Source: Octopus vulgaris (Eukaryota). Taken from it: 64,000 nucleotides of DNA. The position numbers and the translations under genes are program-made. The stretch is from contig OX597821.1 in NCBI GenBank assembly GCA_951406725.2, forward strand, positions 110,360,001 through 110,424,000. Direction: 5' to 3'. Positions 39,666 to 52,822 of this stretch are shown in pieces; positions within the stretch are counted from its first letter, which is position 1, and each line of letters begins with the position of its first letter. Below the pieces are notes generated by a model that worked only from the letters and a program-made list of their open reading frames with translations, made no database searches and was not told the origin of the DNA.

Positions 39666-39963
39666 TCTCTCTCACACACACACACGCACGCACGTACGCA
39701 CACGCACACACACACACATATATGTATGTATGTATATGTATATATATGTCAACCCTATACATACACACGTCCAGACCCCTCCTACGCACTATTAGCTGGT
39801 CCTTCAACCATATTATCAACCCTATTATCTCCCCTTATTTCGCTCTCGCGTCTCATGTTTGATCTTTGACCTCTGGCCGAAATCAGATCGCCATGTTGAT
39901 TCGTTAGCTACTGCACGCATTTTTTTTCTCTCCTTCTTTCTGTGTTTTTTTTATCTCTGTATA

Positions 39964-40116
39964 TCTTTCTGTTGAAGAGCGTAGGCTCGAAACGTTAAAG
40001 ACTTGTTTTATTTATATTTCCTGAGCGCCATACTAATAAAACAAGTCTTTAACGTTTCGAGCCTACGCTCTTCAACAGAAAGAGGAAATATAAATAAAAC
40101 AAGTCTTTAACGTTTC

Positions 40117-40118
<2 letters not shown>
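39964..40118. repeat. PLE-type terminal remnant: hammerhead-like motif with two inverted partial copies, abutting (AT)n
   Basis: tcttt-CTGTTGA-a-gagc(gtag)gctc-GAAA-cgtt-aaaga at 39964-40001; inverted at 40035-40083 and again at 40083-40118. Confidence 0.7.
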
Positions 40119-40155
<37 letters not shown>

Positions 40156-40409
40156 TTGTTGTTTGTATTTGTAATTGTGTACCATGTACACTATATTTGT
40201 CTTTGTTGTTGTAAACATTCGCTAGCTTTCTGACAAAAAATCTAATGCACTTAGCTTAGACTTTGTGGGTGGGTTGGTGGGGACCCAAATCGAACAGTCT
40301 CAAGTGTAATTGCCCGAAAATATAAGGACATCTGGTAACTTGACTGATGAAAGAAGGCGACGTGTGGTCCTTCCTTTTATTTTTGCCTGTCCTTCTAATT
40401 GTTTATATG

Positions 40410-40500
40410 TCCACCTTGGGCAAGTATCTTCTACTATAGCCTCGGGCCGACCAAAGTCTTGTGAGTGGATTTGGTAGACGGAAACTAAAAGAAGCCCGTC

Positions 40501-40560
<60 letters not shown>

Positions 40561-40758
40561 ATGTGTGTATGTGTTTATGTGTCTGTGTTTGTTTCCCCAA
40601 CATCTCTTGACAACGGATGCTGGTATGTTTATGTCCCCGTAACTTAGCGGTTCGGCAAACGAGACCGATAGAATAAGTACTAGGCTTACAAATAATAAGT
40701 CGACTAAAGACGGTGCTCCAGCATGGCCGCAGTCAAATGACTGAAACAAGTAAAAGAG

Positions 40759-40760
<2 letters not shown>
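40410..40760 (+). mobile_element. SINE family B (5'-truncated), followed by (TAA)n
   Basis: caccttgggcaagt...ggatttggtagacggaaact...aatgactgaaacaagtaaaagagt. Confidence 0.85.
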
Positions 40761-40812
<52 letters not shown>

Positions 40813-40819
40813 TATAATA

Positions 40820-41027
40820 GTTTCAAATTTGCCACAAGGGCAGCAATTTGGGGGAGGCGTAAATCGATTACATTGTCCCCGATGTTCAACTGGTACTTAT
40901 TTTATCGACTTCGAAAGGATGAAAGGCAAAGTCGACCACGGCGAAATTCGAACTGAGAACGTAAAGACGGACAGATTGCCGCTAAGCATTTCGTCCGGAG
41001 TGTTAACGATTCTGCCACCTCGCCACC
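40820..41027 (-). mobile_element. SINE family A
   Basis: aaaggatgaaaggcaaagtcgacc core and ctcgccacc head. Confidence 0.8.
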
Positions 41028-41968
41028 TTGTTTGATTATGTATTCATTTTAATACTATGTTCAGTGGATTATCAAAATCAGAAGAGTAATGAGGGGAGGG
41101 AAATGCTTCGCAATATTTGGTGATTCTTTGATTTCACGTTCCACTGTGGTTTGCTTTGGCTTTTATCCATAAGGTTCATTGACTCGCAGAACGTAAAATA
41201 AAATAAAATAAAATGGTAATTGAAAAGAAGTTGGAAGAATTTAGAAACCTATCTTGCATAATATATTCTGACACTGTCAGGTTAATTTGGGGAAAAACGG
41301 TTTAAAACTTGAGTGGCATCTCAAATTTAGATGTTCATTTTAATAGCACCAACAGGTTGATTAATTAACTTACTAATTAACAAGCTCTTGACGTAAGAAG
41401 ACGAAATTAAACGAAGTAGAGGATGAGAAAATTAAAGAAAGAAAGAAAGAAAGAAAGACAGAAAGAAAGAAAGAAAGACAGAAAGAAAGAAAGAAAGACA
41501 GAAAGAAAGGAAAAGCTGAGAAACCAATGAAGGGCGACAACAAAATAAAGAAAAAAAAGAAAAGCAACAAAATTCCCAGAATTCCTTTGAAAGCACAATT
41601 TTGTTAATTCTTAAAATAACCTAACATTTTTTTGGTCTTTGAGTAAAGTTTATGTGGAAGACATCAAAGTTAGATTAGGAAATTGGTTACTTTTAATTCC
41701 GTAGTCTTTTCCGCTAAAACATTTAATCAACTTTGGTACAAGTTCAAAATAGACATTTTCTGTATCTATTTTAATTATTGCTGGTCGCTTACCTATCTCT
41801 CTCTTTCATCTATTCATCTATTTGTCTAGCAACCTTTTATCCATATGACATATACGCACACATGCGCGTGTATATTTTCTTCATATACATATATTTATGT
41901 ATCTACATATACATATATTTATGGTAGTCTAAATTTATCTTGATAGGCAGACAGACAGACAGACAGAC

Positions 41969-42015
<47 letters not shown>

Positions 42016-42045
42016 GAGATACATGGATGGATAGATAGATGATAG

Positions 42046-43283
42046 GTTTCTTTATTGGCCACACAGGGCTGCACACAGATGGGACAAGTTACAAGGTAGA
42101 GCTTTTCTTTTGGGGGATGAAAAAAACAAAAAAAAACAAAAGAAACAAAAAAAGGGGGTGGCGTAGGTTTTCGATCAAGAGGGATCGTAAAAGGGAAGAA
42201 AAGAACAAAGAAAAAGAAGAAAATAAAGAAAAAGAAAAAGAAGGATAGATAGTAAAGTAGATAAGTTTCTTTATTGGCCACACAGGGCTGCACACAGATG
42301 GGACAAGTTACAAGGTAGAGCTTTTCTTTTGGGGGATGAAGAAAACAACAAAAAAAGGGGGGGCGTAGGTTTTCGATCAAGTGGGATCGTAAAAGGGAAG
42401 AAAAGAACAAAAAAAGTAAATAAATAAATAAAATAAAAAATAAAAAGAATAAAAGGAAAAAAAAAGGAAAAGGAACAAGAGAAAAGAGAAATGAAAAAAG
42501 AAGAAAAAGGGGGAAAAAAAGGGGAAGAGGAAAAAAACAACGATCAATAGGAATCGTATATCACAGTGTTATGATATATGGTGTAAAGGGGAAAGCAAGT
42601 AAGGTTTATCCGTGGGAAGAAAAGCCTACGAAAAAGACCACGGTAACCTTGGTCAATATTGTTATATGTTACCACATTTGTTTGCAAGTGGGTAACCCTC
42701 TGTTTTCAATTTCTGGGTTCATAGGATTATGCTCAAGGTGGCTTCGTCATTCATACGTGCCATCCTTGCTACATTCACCCATCTTTTTTAAAACATTCGC
42801 TAGACAAAACTTGCCTCTCTACTCTCACTTTCCTCTTCAAGTGGTACTTGAAGAAGTTGATGAGAGATTGACCAGAGAGGAAAGTGTTTGTCTCCAATCC
42901 TTTCAGACGCGTCCACCAGATACATTCTTTCGCCATAGCCACAAGGATTATGAAAATAGCTCTTCCTTCCCGTTTGAAGGAAGGAGGCGTGACAATATTG
43001 ACGATAGACTCAGCTGATAAACCGACTCGTCCCACACGTGACAGCAGTTGTTCGACATAAGCCCACAGGTCGGAAATTGTTGGACACTGCACGAGTGCGT
43101 GCAGAACGGTTTCGTCGCTCTGACCACATCTCGGGCAGGTCGGCCCCGTGTTTCTCGAGCCGTGTCTGTAGAGCTTATCCCGAACGGGTAACGCTTCTCG
43201 GTAGCACTGCCAGGCCAGGGATCTCTGGAAGTTGTCCATGGGCCCTGGCCCGAAAGTCGTCCTGAACAGGCGGGTCAGGTACT
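42046..43283 (-). mobile_element. L1/Tx1-like LINE: two 5'-truncated copies (42046-42243; 42265-43283) in (GATA)n
   Basis: zf-[21 protein letters not shown] in ORF 42775-43239; 3' end gccaataaagaaac; nearly identical to 56835-57865. Confidence 0.9.
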
Positions 43284-43319
43284 TGTAGATAGATAGATAG
43301 ACTGATAGATAGATAGCTT

Positions 43320-43389
<70 letters not shown>

Positions 43390-43438
43390 CAGGCAGACAG
43401 ACAGACAGACAGGCAGACAGACAGACAGACAGACAGAC

Positions 43439-43513
<75 letters not shown>

Positions 43514-44213
43514 CATACAGATGAGATGTAACTGTTGGAAGAATCACAGTAAATATAACTGAATATATAAAAATATAAGTAGATTTTTATTCGGCTACAA
43601 AGTCACATAAGCGACTCAAGTGCCCAGAATTTTCTATATTTGCGCTCTTCAGACTAACCTAAAATTAGTGAATTCCCCTTTTATATAGGGTTGAATATCA
43701 TTTTCTTCCGAAATGTTCACGCATGAATACCATTGGAGACTACCGTGATAAGTAATATATTTGAAAATCCACCCCTTCAACAAAAGCTAGCAGATAGAAG
43801 CTGGTTCTCTTTTTTTTAAATTAAATATACGGAATAAAATTCAAGAGAATTCATAATAACATCCATAATAGTGTAAAAAGAAACTTTGTGTCATACAAAA
43901 TGCTGTATAGTAAGGACGTTATGCATATTACAGGACCAAATGCTACTATATAAACGATATGCGTAAAAAAATTGAAGAATGTAAGAACGTCCATTAATGT
44001 AGAAAAAAAGAAATTGTCACGGGGTTGAATGTGAATGATAGAGTCGAGTTTATTAAGATTATCGCACACTGTATGAGACGTTCAATGACCACAAACTAAT
44101 TATTACTTGTGACTGCAAATACAGGTTTAACTGAATCTGAACTAGCAATGGTCAATAAACTGAAATTCAGATTTGATCGAATCTGAATTAATAATAGCCA
44201 GTAAACATATTCT

Positions 44214-44637
44214 TATTTCTTTATTGCTTTATTCCCCACAAGGGGCTAAACATAGAGGGGAAAAACAAGGACAGGCAAAGGGATTAAGTCGATTACATCG
44301 ACCCCAGTACGTAACTGGTACTTAATTTATCGACCCCCAAAAGATGAAAGGCAAAGTCAATCTCGGCGGAAATTGAACTCTGAACGTAACGGCAGAAGAA
44401 ATACCTATTTCTTTACTACCCACAAGGAGCTAAACACAGAGGGGACAAACAAGGACAGACAAACGGATTAAGTCGATTATATCGACTCCAGTGCGAACTG
44501 GTACTTAATTTATCAACCCCCAAAAGGATGAAAGGCAAAGTCGACCTCGATGGAAATTGAACTCTGAACGTAGCGGTAGACGAAATACGGCTACGCATTT
44601 CGTCCGGTGTGCTAACGTTTCTGCCTGCTCCCCGCCT
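44214..44637 (-). mobile_element. Family A SINE dimer
   Basis: Two cores with an aatacctatttcttt junction at ~44400; flanked by aaacatattct on both sides (possible TSD). Confidence 0.85.
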
Positions 44638-45328
44638 TGAAACATATTCTAATAACAACTGTTACTAGTTTGAGAAGCAAAATGTCTGTCCCATTATGGT
44701 GTACTACTACGACTGTATTACAATACTCCAGTGATGGTCGAAAACAATCATAACTGCAAAATTGCAGTTTGACATTACTGATTTCTACCACTCAATCTCC
44801 AAACTTCTCATAAACGGTGCTCATAATGCGGCTAACGCCGTTACACCGTTCAGAAACTAACTGATAAGATTATGCATACGAGAAAATTCGTCCTGTTTTT
44901 GATAGCCCATCAATTTAAAAAGGTTATGAAATGTATTTATCAACTTATATGATGGTACTAAGTTGTACTAGCTCATAGCATTTTACATATTGGACATTTT
45001 TAAGAATAACACTCCCTACGAAAAGAGGTGAAATTTACAGAGATGATGGGTTACCGATATCTAAAAATATAAACAAACTCAAGATCGATAGTTTTAAAAA
45101 GGGATTTAAACTACTGAATAAAATGAAATTATGAATAAGAGTAGAAACCACTCAGACAATGATAAAGTATCTGAATACCACTGTTGACATCATCTCGCAA
45201 CTTGAAACGTTATCATAAAACCGAGCAGCTTCTCACAACATTTTATGCAAAGTGGTTGCTAATATTTAGTAGGCACATATTCGCATTACCTACAGATGAG
45301 TTCACTTTTGAAATCCATTCTTGTACTA

Positions 45329-46597
45329 CGAGGGGCGTTCAATAAGTAATTCCCCTGACCCACTTGCAGTTGTTTGATTTAGCTGCAATTTTGCATGTGC
45401 ACTTATTTATATCTCTATAGATTAAGTGGCGAATTACAGCTCTGAACTAATTGTGGTTTCTGATTTACAGGTGTTTGAACTGAGTCAAGTGTGAAATGGA
45501 GCCTGTTGAGTGTCGAGCAGTGATCTGGTTTTTGTATTTGAAAGGACGCACACCACGGGATACTTTTGATGAAATGAAAGTAACTTATGGTGATGATGCC
45601 CCATCATATGACCTTGTAAAACGCTGGCATTGTGAATTCAAACATAGTCGGAACTCTGTGGAAACAGCTCCCAGATCTGGTCGCCCCTTCTGCCGTTGAT
45701 GAGACGTCTGTCCGTCAAATTGAGGCTGCCGTTTTGGAAGGTCAACGCATAACTATTCGCCAAATAGCCCATAAGGTCAAGATTAGTACCGGGTCTGTGG
45801 AAACTATCATTCATGATCATTTGCATATGCAAAAGGTGTCTGCCAGATGGATTTCCAGGTTGCTCACACCTTTCCAGAAGCAAGAACGCGTTGAGTGCTC
45901 GAGGATGAATTTGAAGATGTGCCAAGAAGATGAGTCAAAATTTTTCAAAAGACTGATCACACAGGATAAAACCTGGGTCCATCACTATGATCTATAGACC
46001 AAAGCCCAGTCAATGCAGTGAAAGCACCGTGACTCACCTCCTCCAAAGAAGGCAAGGGTGCAGCCCTCCGCTGACAAGGTTATGCTCACAGTCTTCTGGG
46101 ACCAGGACGGAGTAATGATGACAGATTTCCTGGCAAAGGGTACCACAATTACAGGAGCCTATTATGCTTCACTTTTGAGGAAATTAAGAGAAGCTATCAA
46201 AATCAAGAGGCGGGGCAAGATCAGCAAAGGCATCCTCCTCCTGCAGGACAACGCTCCGGTCCACAACTCGCGTGTCGCCAGATCAGAAGCACAGGCGTGC
46301 AGCTATGAACTCCTCCCCTTGAACCCTCTGATTTTCACCTCTTCCCAGCCATGAAGTTGATTTTGAAAAGAAAGCGTTTCCCAGATGATGCAGCCTTGAT
46401 TTCTGAAGTCGCGTCGTGGTTGGAGTACCAAGCTGGGGTCTTCTACAAAAACGGTCTCCAGAGCTGTATCAAACGATGGGAGAAATGCATAACTCTGGGT
46501 AGTTCCTATGTAGGAAAAGACTAATAACTCTGCCAAGTGTCGTTGCTCTACTGCTATGGGAAGTGGGTCAGGGGTATTACTTATTGAACGCCCCTCG
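45329..46597 (+). mobile_element. Mariner transposon (irritans/Hsmar2-like ends), full length, inactivated
   Basis: TA-cgaggggcgttcaataagtaat... and ...attacttattgaacgcccctcg-TA terminal inverted repeats (TIRs); 1269 bp. Confidence 0.93.
45496..46525 (+). pseudogene. Mariner transposase pseudogene
   Basis: HTH N-terminus, ARWISRLL, ITQDKTWVHHYD and LLQDNAPVH; frameshift ~45690, stops, YSPDL region deleted. Confidence 0.9.
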
Positions 46598-47239
46598 TAT
46601 AACGCAGCACTAAAAACTTTAGCTATATATGTATGTGAGTACACACATACACACACACATATATATACACACACACACACACACACATATATATCTATAT
46701 ATATATATCTATATATATATATCTATATATATATATATATATATATATAAACATATATGCATATATACACACATCTATCTATCTATCCATACATACATAC
46801 ATACATACATACATACATACATACATACATACATACATACATACATGTATAGAAACTCGACAACAAGAACAACCAACGTTAATTGGAGAAAATCTGTAAA
46901 CCTGCTGACAGGCCTTAAATCCCGCTGCAACACGTGACAGATTACACTACATTGAGCTTATTTATGTCTCGTTCACCAAAGAAGCAACGTAAAAGTCGAA
47001 GAAAGGCAAATTCGGAGGCGAAGTCAGAGAAGAGGAAAGAGAAAAAGAAGTAGAAGGAATTTAATGTCAACTGAACAGATGGCTTTCGCTAGATTGATAG
47101 CAATTGATATTGACATATCTGTATTCCTGGGAAATAAATAGGGAAAATGTCATTCTGCTGTTAAATCAGCTTCTTAGAGTGACAGGAATTTGTTCGATGT
47201 CGAAGAACAATATCAGAGATGTGTTGAATGTGTGTGTAT

Positions 47240-47360
47240 GCCATTATTCAGTTTTATTTCAAGATTTCTTGCCAATAGAGAAAGAACCGGTTTCTAATCT
47301 AGATCGAAGGCTCCTTCATTGGAATTTCAACATCATCAACAGGGTATTTTTGTATGTATC

Positions 47361-47394
<34 letters not shown>

Positions 47395-48125
47395 TGTATG
47401 TATGTATGTATGTATGTATGTATGTATGCATGTATGTATGTATGTATGTATGTATGTACTGTATGTATGTATGTATGTATGAATGTATGTATGTATGTAT
47501 GTCATATGTATATCATTATTCAGTTTTATTTTAAGATTTCTTGCCAATAGAGAAAGAACTGGTTTCTAACCTAGATCCAATTCATTGGAATTTCAGCATC
47601 AACAAGAGGGTATTTTCGTGTGGTTGCATGTATGTATGTACGTATGTATGTCATATGTATATCATTATTCAGTTTTATTTCAAGATTTCTTGCCAATAGA
47701 GAAAGAACTGGTTTCTAACCATGATCCAAGGATATGTATGTATGAATGTATGTATTATGTATGTCCAGATTTGTATGTTTTATGTACGTATTCTCATGCA
47801 TAAAGTTACATATCTAGACATGCTCATATATATTTAAATGACAAACTTCTGAAAATTTTACAGAATTTTACAGTCCCAGTGATAGATTGGATCTGTAGTC
47901 TTCGAAGTAGCTTCCTCTTTCCTGGTTTTGAGAAGCCTAATTTCTCAAGACTGGTATTTAGGCAGCGTGTTACATATTCCACGGCCCCAATAATTACAGG
48001 TATAAACCTGAACTTGTAATCTGGATAAAGTAACTGCAGATTTCTCAATAGTTCAGTGTAGGTGTTCTCTTTTTCACTGATCTTCAACTTTATGGGCAGC
48101 AAATTACAACTGTGCAGTTTCTCTT
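47240..48125 (-). mobile_element. RLE-type non-LTR 3' fragment plus two extra 3'-UTR copies in (TACA)n
   Basis: ORF 47824-48102 is homologous to 30655-30870; terminal cattattcagttttattt recurs at 47242, 47514 and 47664. Confidence 0.75.
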
Positions 48126-48239
48126 ATGTATGTATGTATGTATGTATGTATGTATGTATGTATGTATGTATGTATGTATGTATGTATGTATGTATGTATT
48201 ATACATGTGTGTATGTGTGCGTGTGTGTATTTCTTTTAT

Positions 48240-48620
48240 TTTCTTTCTTTCAGTCACTTGACTGCGGCCATGCTGCAGCACCGCCTTAAAGGGTGTTAGT
48301 CGAAGAAATCGACCCCCCAGGACTTATGCCTTGTAAACCTAGTACTTATCCTATTGGTGTCTGTTGCCGAGCCGCTAAGTTACGGGGACAAAAAATCATC
48401 CGCGTCGGTTGTCAAGCGAAGGTGGGGGGAATGACACAGACACACACACAAATATATACATACGTGCTGATACATATATATTTATATATATACGACGGGA
48501 TTCTGACAAGACTTTGGTCGGCCCGAGGCTTATAGTAGAAGACACTTGCTGAAGGTGCTACGCAGAGGGACAGAACCCAGAACCATTTGGTTGGGAAACA
48601 AGCCTTCTTACCACACAGTA
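48240..48620 (-). mobile_element. SINE family B
   Basis: tttcagtca...gcggccatgctg tail region through cttaccacacag head. Confidence 0.8.
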
Positions 48621-48638
48621 ACACACATACGTACATAC

Positions 48639-48706
<68 letters not shown>

Positions 48707-48712
48707 TATTTC

Positions 48713-48793
<81 letters not shown>

Positions 48794-48807
48794 TAGAAAA
48801 TTATTAT

Positions 48808-48969
48808 ATAGCATGGCAGTCCTGGTTTTGGACGAATGTTGCTTTAATTTAGCCCCAGGAGACATCGTCTCCATCTATACGACACGGCTATAAAGACACA
48901 GATTATTATAAGAACACAGATCATGTCGTATTGACAGCTGGAGACGATGTCTCCTGGGGCTAAATTAAA
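48808..48969. repeat. 31-bp perfect inverted repeat (48843-48873 / 48939-48969), related to 52870-52962
   Basis: tttaatttagccccaggagacatcgtctcca / tggagacgatgtctcctggggctaaattaaa; next to (TA)n. Confidence 0.8.
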
Positions 48970-49113
48970 TAAGAAACATAATAAGAAATGAATAGCGATA
49001 TTTCCAGCACCAACATCATCTCATGCTGCGCAATATTTGCTGAACTCCGGAACATCAGCTATCACTGAATAAGGATATGTTGAAAATACTTAAGAAGTTT
49101 CATTCATTATATA

Positions 49114-49880
49114 CGGGCATATGGCGTAGTGGCTAAGAGCGCGTGCTACTAATCCCAAGGCGGCGAGCTGGCAGAAACGTTAGCACGCCGGATGAAATGC
49201 TTAGCGGTATTTCGTCTGTCGTTACGTTCTGAGTTCAAATTCCGCCGAGGTTGACTTTGCCTTTCATCCTTTCGGGGTCGATAAATTAAGTACCAGTTCC
49301 GCACTGGAGTCGATTTAGTCGACTTAATACCTATGTCTGTCCTTGCTTTTCCCCTCTATGTTTAGCCCCTTGTGGGTAATAAAGAAATAGCTACTAACCC
49401 CAAGATTCCGAGTTCAATTCCAGGCAGTGACCTAAATAATAATAATAAGTGTCATTCATTTTCAATAATGCATTACATGAAAGGCGGTGGGCTGACAGAA
49501 ACGTTAGTGCGCTGGGCGAAATGCTTAGCGGTATTTCGTCTGCCGTTACGTTCTGAGTTCAAATTCCGCCGAGGTCGACTTTGCCGTTCATCCTTTCGGG
49601 GTCGATTAAATAAGTACCAGTTATGCACTGGGGTCGGTAAAATCGACTTAATCCTTTTGTCTGTCCCTGTTTGTCCTCTCTGTGTTTAGTCCCTTGTGGG
49701 TAGTAAAGAAATAGGTATTTCGTTTGTGTTTAGGTTCTGAGTTCAAATTCCACCGAGATCGTCTCTGCCTTTAATCCTTTCGTGGTCGATAAATTAAGTA
49801 AGAATTACGTACTGGGGTCCATCTAATTGACTGCACCTACTCACCCACAATTTCGGGTCTTGTACCTAGAGTAGAAAGGA
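49114..49880 (+). mobile_element. Family A SINE (49160-49389) inserted into a tRNA-like head, followed by a family A dimer (49481-49880)
   Basis: TSD gctactaa(t/c)cccaag on both sides; rejoined flanks read ggcgtagtggctaagagc...gagttcaattcc. Confidence 0.8.
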
Positions 49881-50319
49881 ATATGGCATTGCTTGAATCA
49901 TGCTAATTATTTAAAATATATATAAATTTAGATAAATTCGATACTTCCGTTATGCAGTTCCGGTTGCTGAAAAAAACTGGTTAGAATTTTTACGAGGTCA
50001 GCGTGTTCCTGGAAAAACATCTTGCGTTACAGTGGCATGAATTTATATTCAGGAGTATTTCTTTTCCCAACTGTTTTTGGTTACCTACAAGGCTTCATCC
50101 TTCTTAGATCACTTTTTGATTTGTTTTGTTCTTTTCTTTGCTTCAGCCATTGGATTACGGCCATGCTGGGGGCACCACATTGAATGATTTAGTAAAAAAA
50201 TAATTCGGCCCCAGTACTTCTTTTTAAAAAACATCTGGCATTTATTCTATCGGATTTCTTTTTTACTGGAACGTAAAAGAATCAGGACTGGCTTCACAGG
50301 TTTTGCAGAACAGACTAGA

Positions 50320-51020
50320 ATATATGTGTGTGTGCATATGTGTATGCATGTGTGTGTGCATGTGTGTGTGTATGTGTGTGTATGTATGTGCATGTATGTG
50401 TCTATATGTGTGTGTATGTGTGTGTATGTATGTGTGTGTATGTGTATGTGTGTCTGTATATGTATGTGTGTATGTGCATGTGTGTGTGGGTATGTATGTG
50501 CATGTATGTGTGTGTGCATGTGCGTGCGTGTGTGCATGTATGTGTGTGTATGTGTATGTGTGCGTATGTGTGTGTATGTGCGTGTGTATGTGTGTGTATG
50601 TGTGTGCATGTGTGTCTGTATATGTATGTGTGTATGTGCATGTGTGTGTGGGTATGTATGTGCATATATGTGTGTGTGCATATGCGTGTGTGTGTGTGTA
50701 TATGTGTGCATATGTATGTCTATGTGTGTGTATGTGTGTGCATGTGTGTGTGTATGTGTGTGTATATGTGTGTGTATGTGTATGTGTGTCTGTATACGTA
50801 TGTGTGTATGTGCATGTGTGTGTGGGTATGTATGTGCATATATGTGTGTGTGCATGTGCGTGCGTGTGTGTATGTGTGTGTGTATATGTGTGCATATGTG
50901 TGTCTATGTGTGTGTGTATGTGTGTGTATGTGTGTGCATGCGTGTGTGTGTCTATATGTATGTGTGTATGTGTGTGTATGTAATTGTGTGTCTGTGTATG
51001 TGTGTCTGTATATGTATGTA
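50320..51020. repeat. Complex (TG/TA) microsatellite with a higher-order ~175-bp period
   Basis: tgtgtctgtata...gtgggtatgtatgtgca recurs at ~50450, 50610 and 50785. Confidence 0.8.
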
Positions 51021-51384
51021 TTAACCATAATTGAGCTTGAAGACCGAAGGAGAAAGAATCCAGAATTGACAAGATGGTCTTTCTAAAATAAGGCCGAACA
51101 TTGTTACACGCGCTGGAGAGTGAATCGTTTGAGTTATTGAGCTCCACCCAAAACAACAACAATGTTTCAGCTGAGGTTTCGTGTAGTTTAAGATATGGCA
51201 TAAGTACGAATATCTGCGGAAAACGACTTTAAAAGCGAACAATGATGTAATTTCTGCTATGCAGATAAGCGAATGCACTTGTGAATTTTATTTTGTAATA
51301 TGAGTTTCTTTAGAATATTAAGAACAAAATTATATTTTATATTACTAGCCATCGCTTGATATACCATACCATTTGCTTGTTATA

Positions 51385-52633
51385 TTAGGTTGTTCCGAAC
51401 ATAATGGCTTCCCTAAGTGTTATGTTTTGAAACACAATTTTATCACAATATCTTAATTATATTTTAAGTGAATTTCGGCATACTTAATAATTGTTGTATG
51501 CTCTTTACTAATTTTCTACTTATTTCAGATAGTAAACATTCTTGAAGCATAGGCGCCCTTAATTACGAACATGACAAAAAAGGACCTTTGCTTACTTTTC
51601 TCGCATGAGTTCAAGCTTGGGCACAATGCCTCCCAAACTGCTGCCAATATCAACAGAGCATGGCGAGAAGGGTTCACAAGTGATCGCACAGTATGAAGGT
51701 GGTTTCAGAAATTCCATAGTGGTGATGAGAGCCTTGAAGATGAAGAAGGTAGAGGACAGTCATGCAGTCTTGACAATGAACAATTGAAAGCAATTGTCGA
51801 ACAAAACCCACGTCAAAGTGTCACAGAGAAATCTCTCAGGCACTTGGTGTCAGTATTGCAACAGTCTTATGCAATCTCCAGAAGATTGGTAAGGTAAAAA
51901 AGCTCAATAAATGGGTACAGCATGAGCTCAATGAAAATCAAAATGTTCGGCGTTTTAAAGTGTGCTCTATGCTCTTCCTGGGAAAAAAAGAACAATGATC
52001 CTTTTCTTGACTGAATAGTCACTTGTGACAAAACGTGGATCCTTTTTGATAACCGTAAACGATCAAGTCAATGGCTTGATGGTGATGAGTCCCCCAAACA
52101 TTTCCCAAAGCCACAGTTGCACCAGCAAAAGATTATGGTGACTGTCTGGTGGTTTGCAATTGGTATTGTCCATTACAACTTCCTGGAAGCCAATCAGAGC
52201 ATTACAGCAGAGGATTACTGCAATCAACTCACTGAAATGCATGCTTACTCGCAGAAAATGATACCTGCATTGGTGAATCGGCGTGGCCCAATTCTGCTCC
52301 ACTATAATGCAAAGTCACATGTTGCAAGAATGACGCTTCAGAAACTCACAAACTTGGGATACGAGACTTTACCATACTCTTCATATTCTCCTGACCTTTC
52401 ACCTACTGACAACCATTTTTAAAGCATTTAAACATGTTTTAAGTGATAAAACTTTCAGGTCCAAACCAAAGGTGGAGTCAGCTTTCAAAGATTTAGCATC
52501 AAAGCCAATAAGTTTTTATCAACGAGGCATAAATAATCTCGTTGGTCGATGGCAGAGAGGCATAGATGCTTACAGCTCATACTTTGACTAATCAAAACAT
52601 TTCTATTGTTAATTTTTCCAGAATAAAATTATG
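51385..52633 (+). mobile_element. Mariner transposon (cecropia/Hsmar1-like), decayed, right TIR not found
   Basis: TA-ttaggttgttcc left end; MTKKDL..F.HEFKLGHNASQTAANINRAW from 51571; VTCDKTW, KIMVTVWW, LHYNAKSH, YSPDLSPTD; stop ~52591. Confidence 0.88.
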
Positions 52634-52777
52634 TTAGAAAATTACTATTTGTAAATCTCATAACAAGAGATTTACAAATAGTAATTTTCTAATTTATAGA
52701 TCAGTGACTAGTTGTCACTTTGAAAACTATATATTTCGAACGGATTTTGGCAGTGCCACCTCAAGCCGAACAATTAT

Positions 52778-52822
52778 TCTGTGCTGATGAAGGAAAATAA
52801 CCCGGAAATCGCGATACACAGA
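52778..52822 (+). ncRNA. Type I hammerhead motif at the apex of a long hairpin (52730-52872)
   Basis: tctgtg-CTGATGA-a-gg(aaaataac)cc-g-GAAA-tcgcga-ta-cacaga; palindromic AUCGCGAU stem III. Confidence 0.7.

Noticed and set aside
52117-52422. SETMAR-like host gene
   Set aside because: No SET domain; multiple stops and frameshifts and a left TIR indicate a dead mariner.
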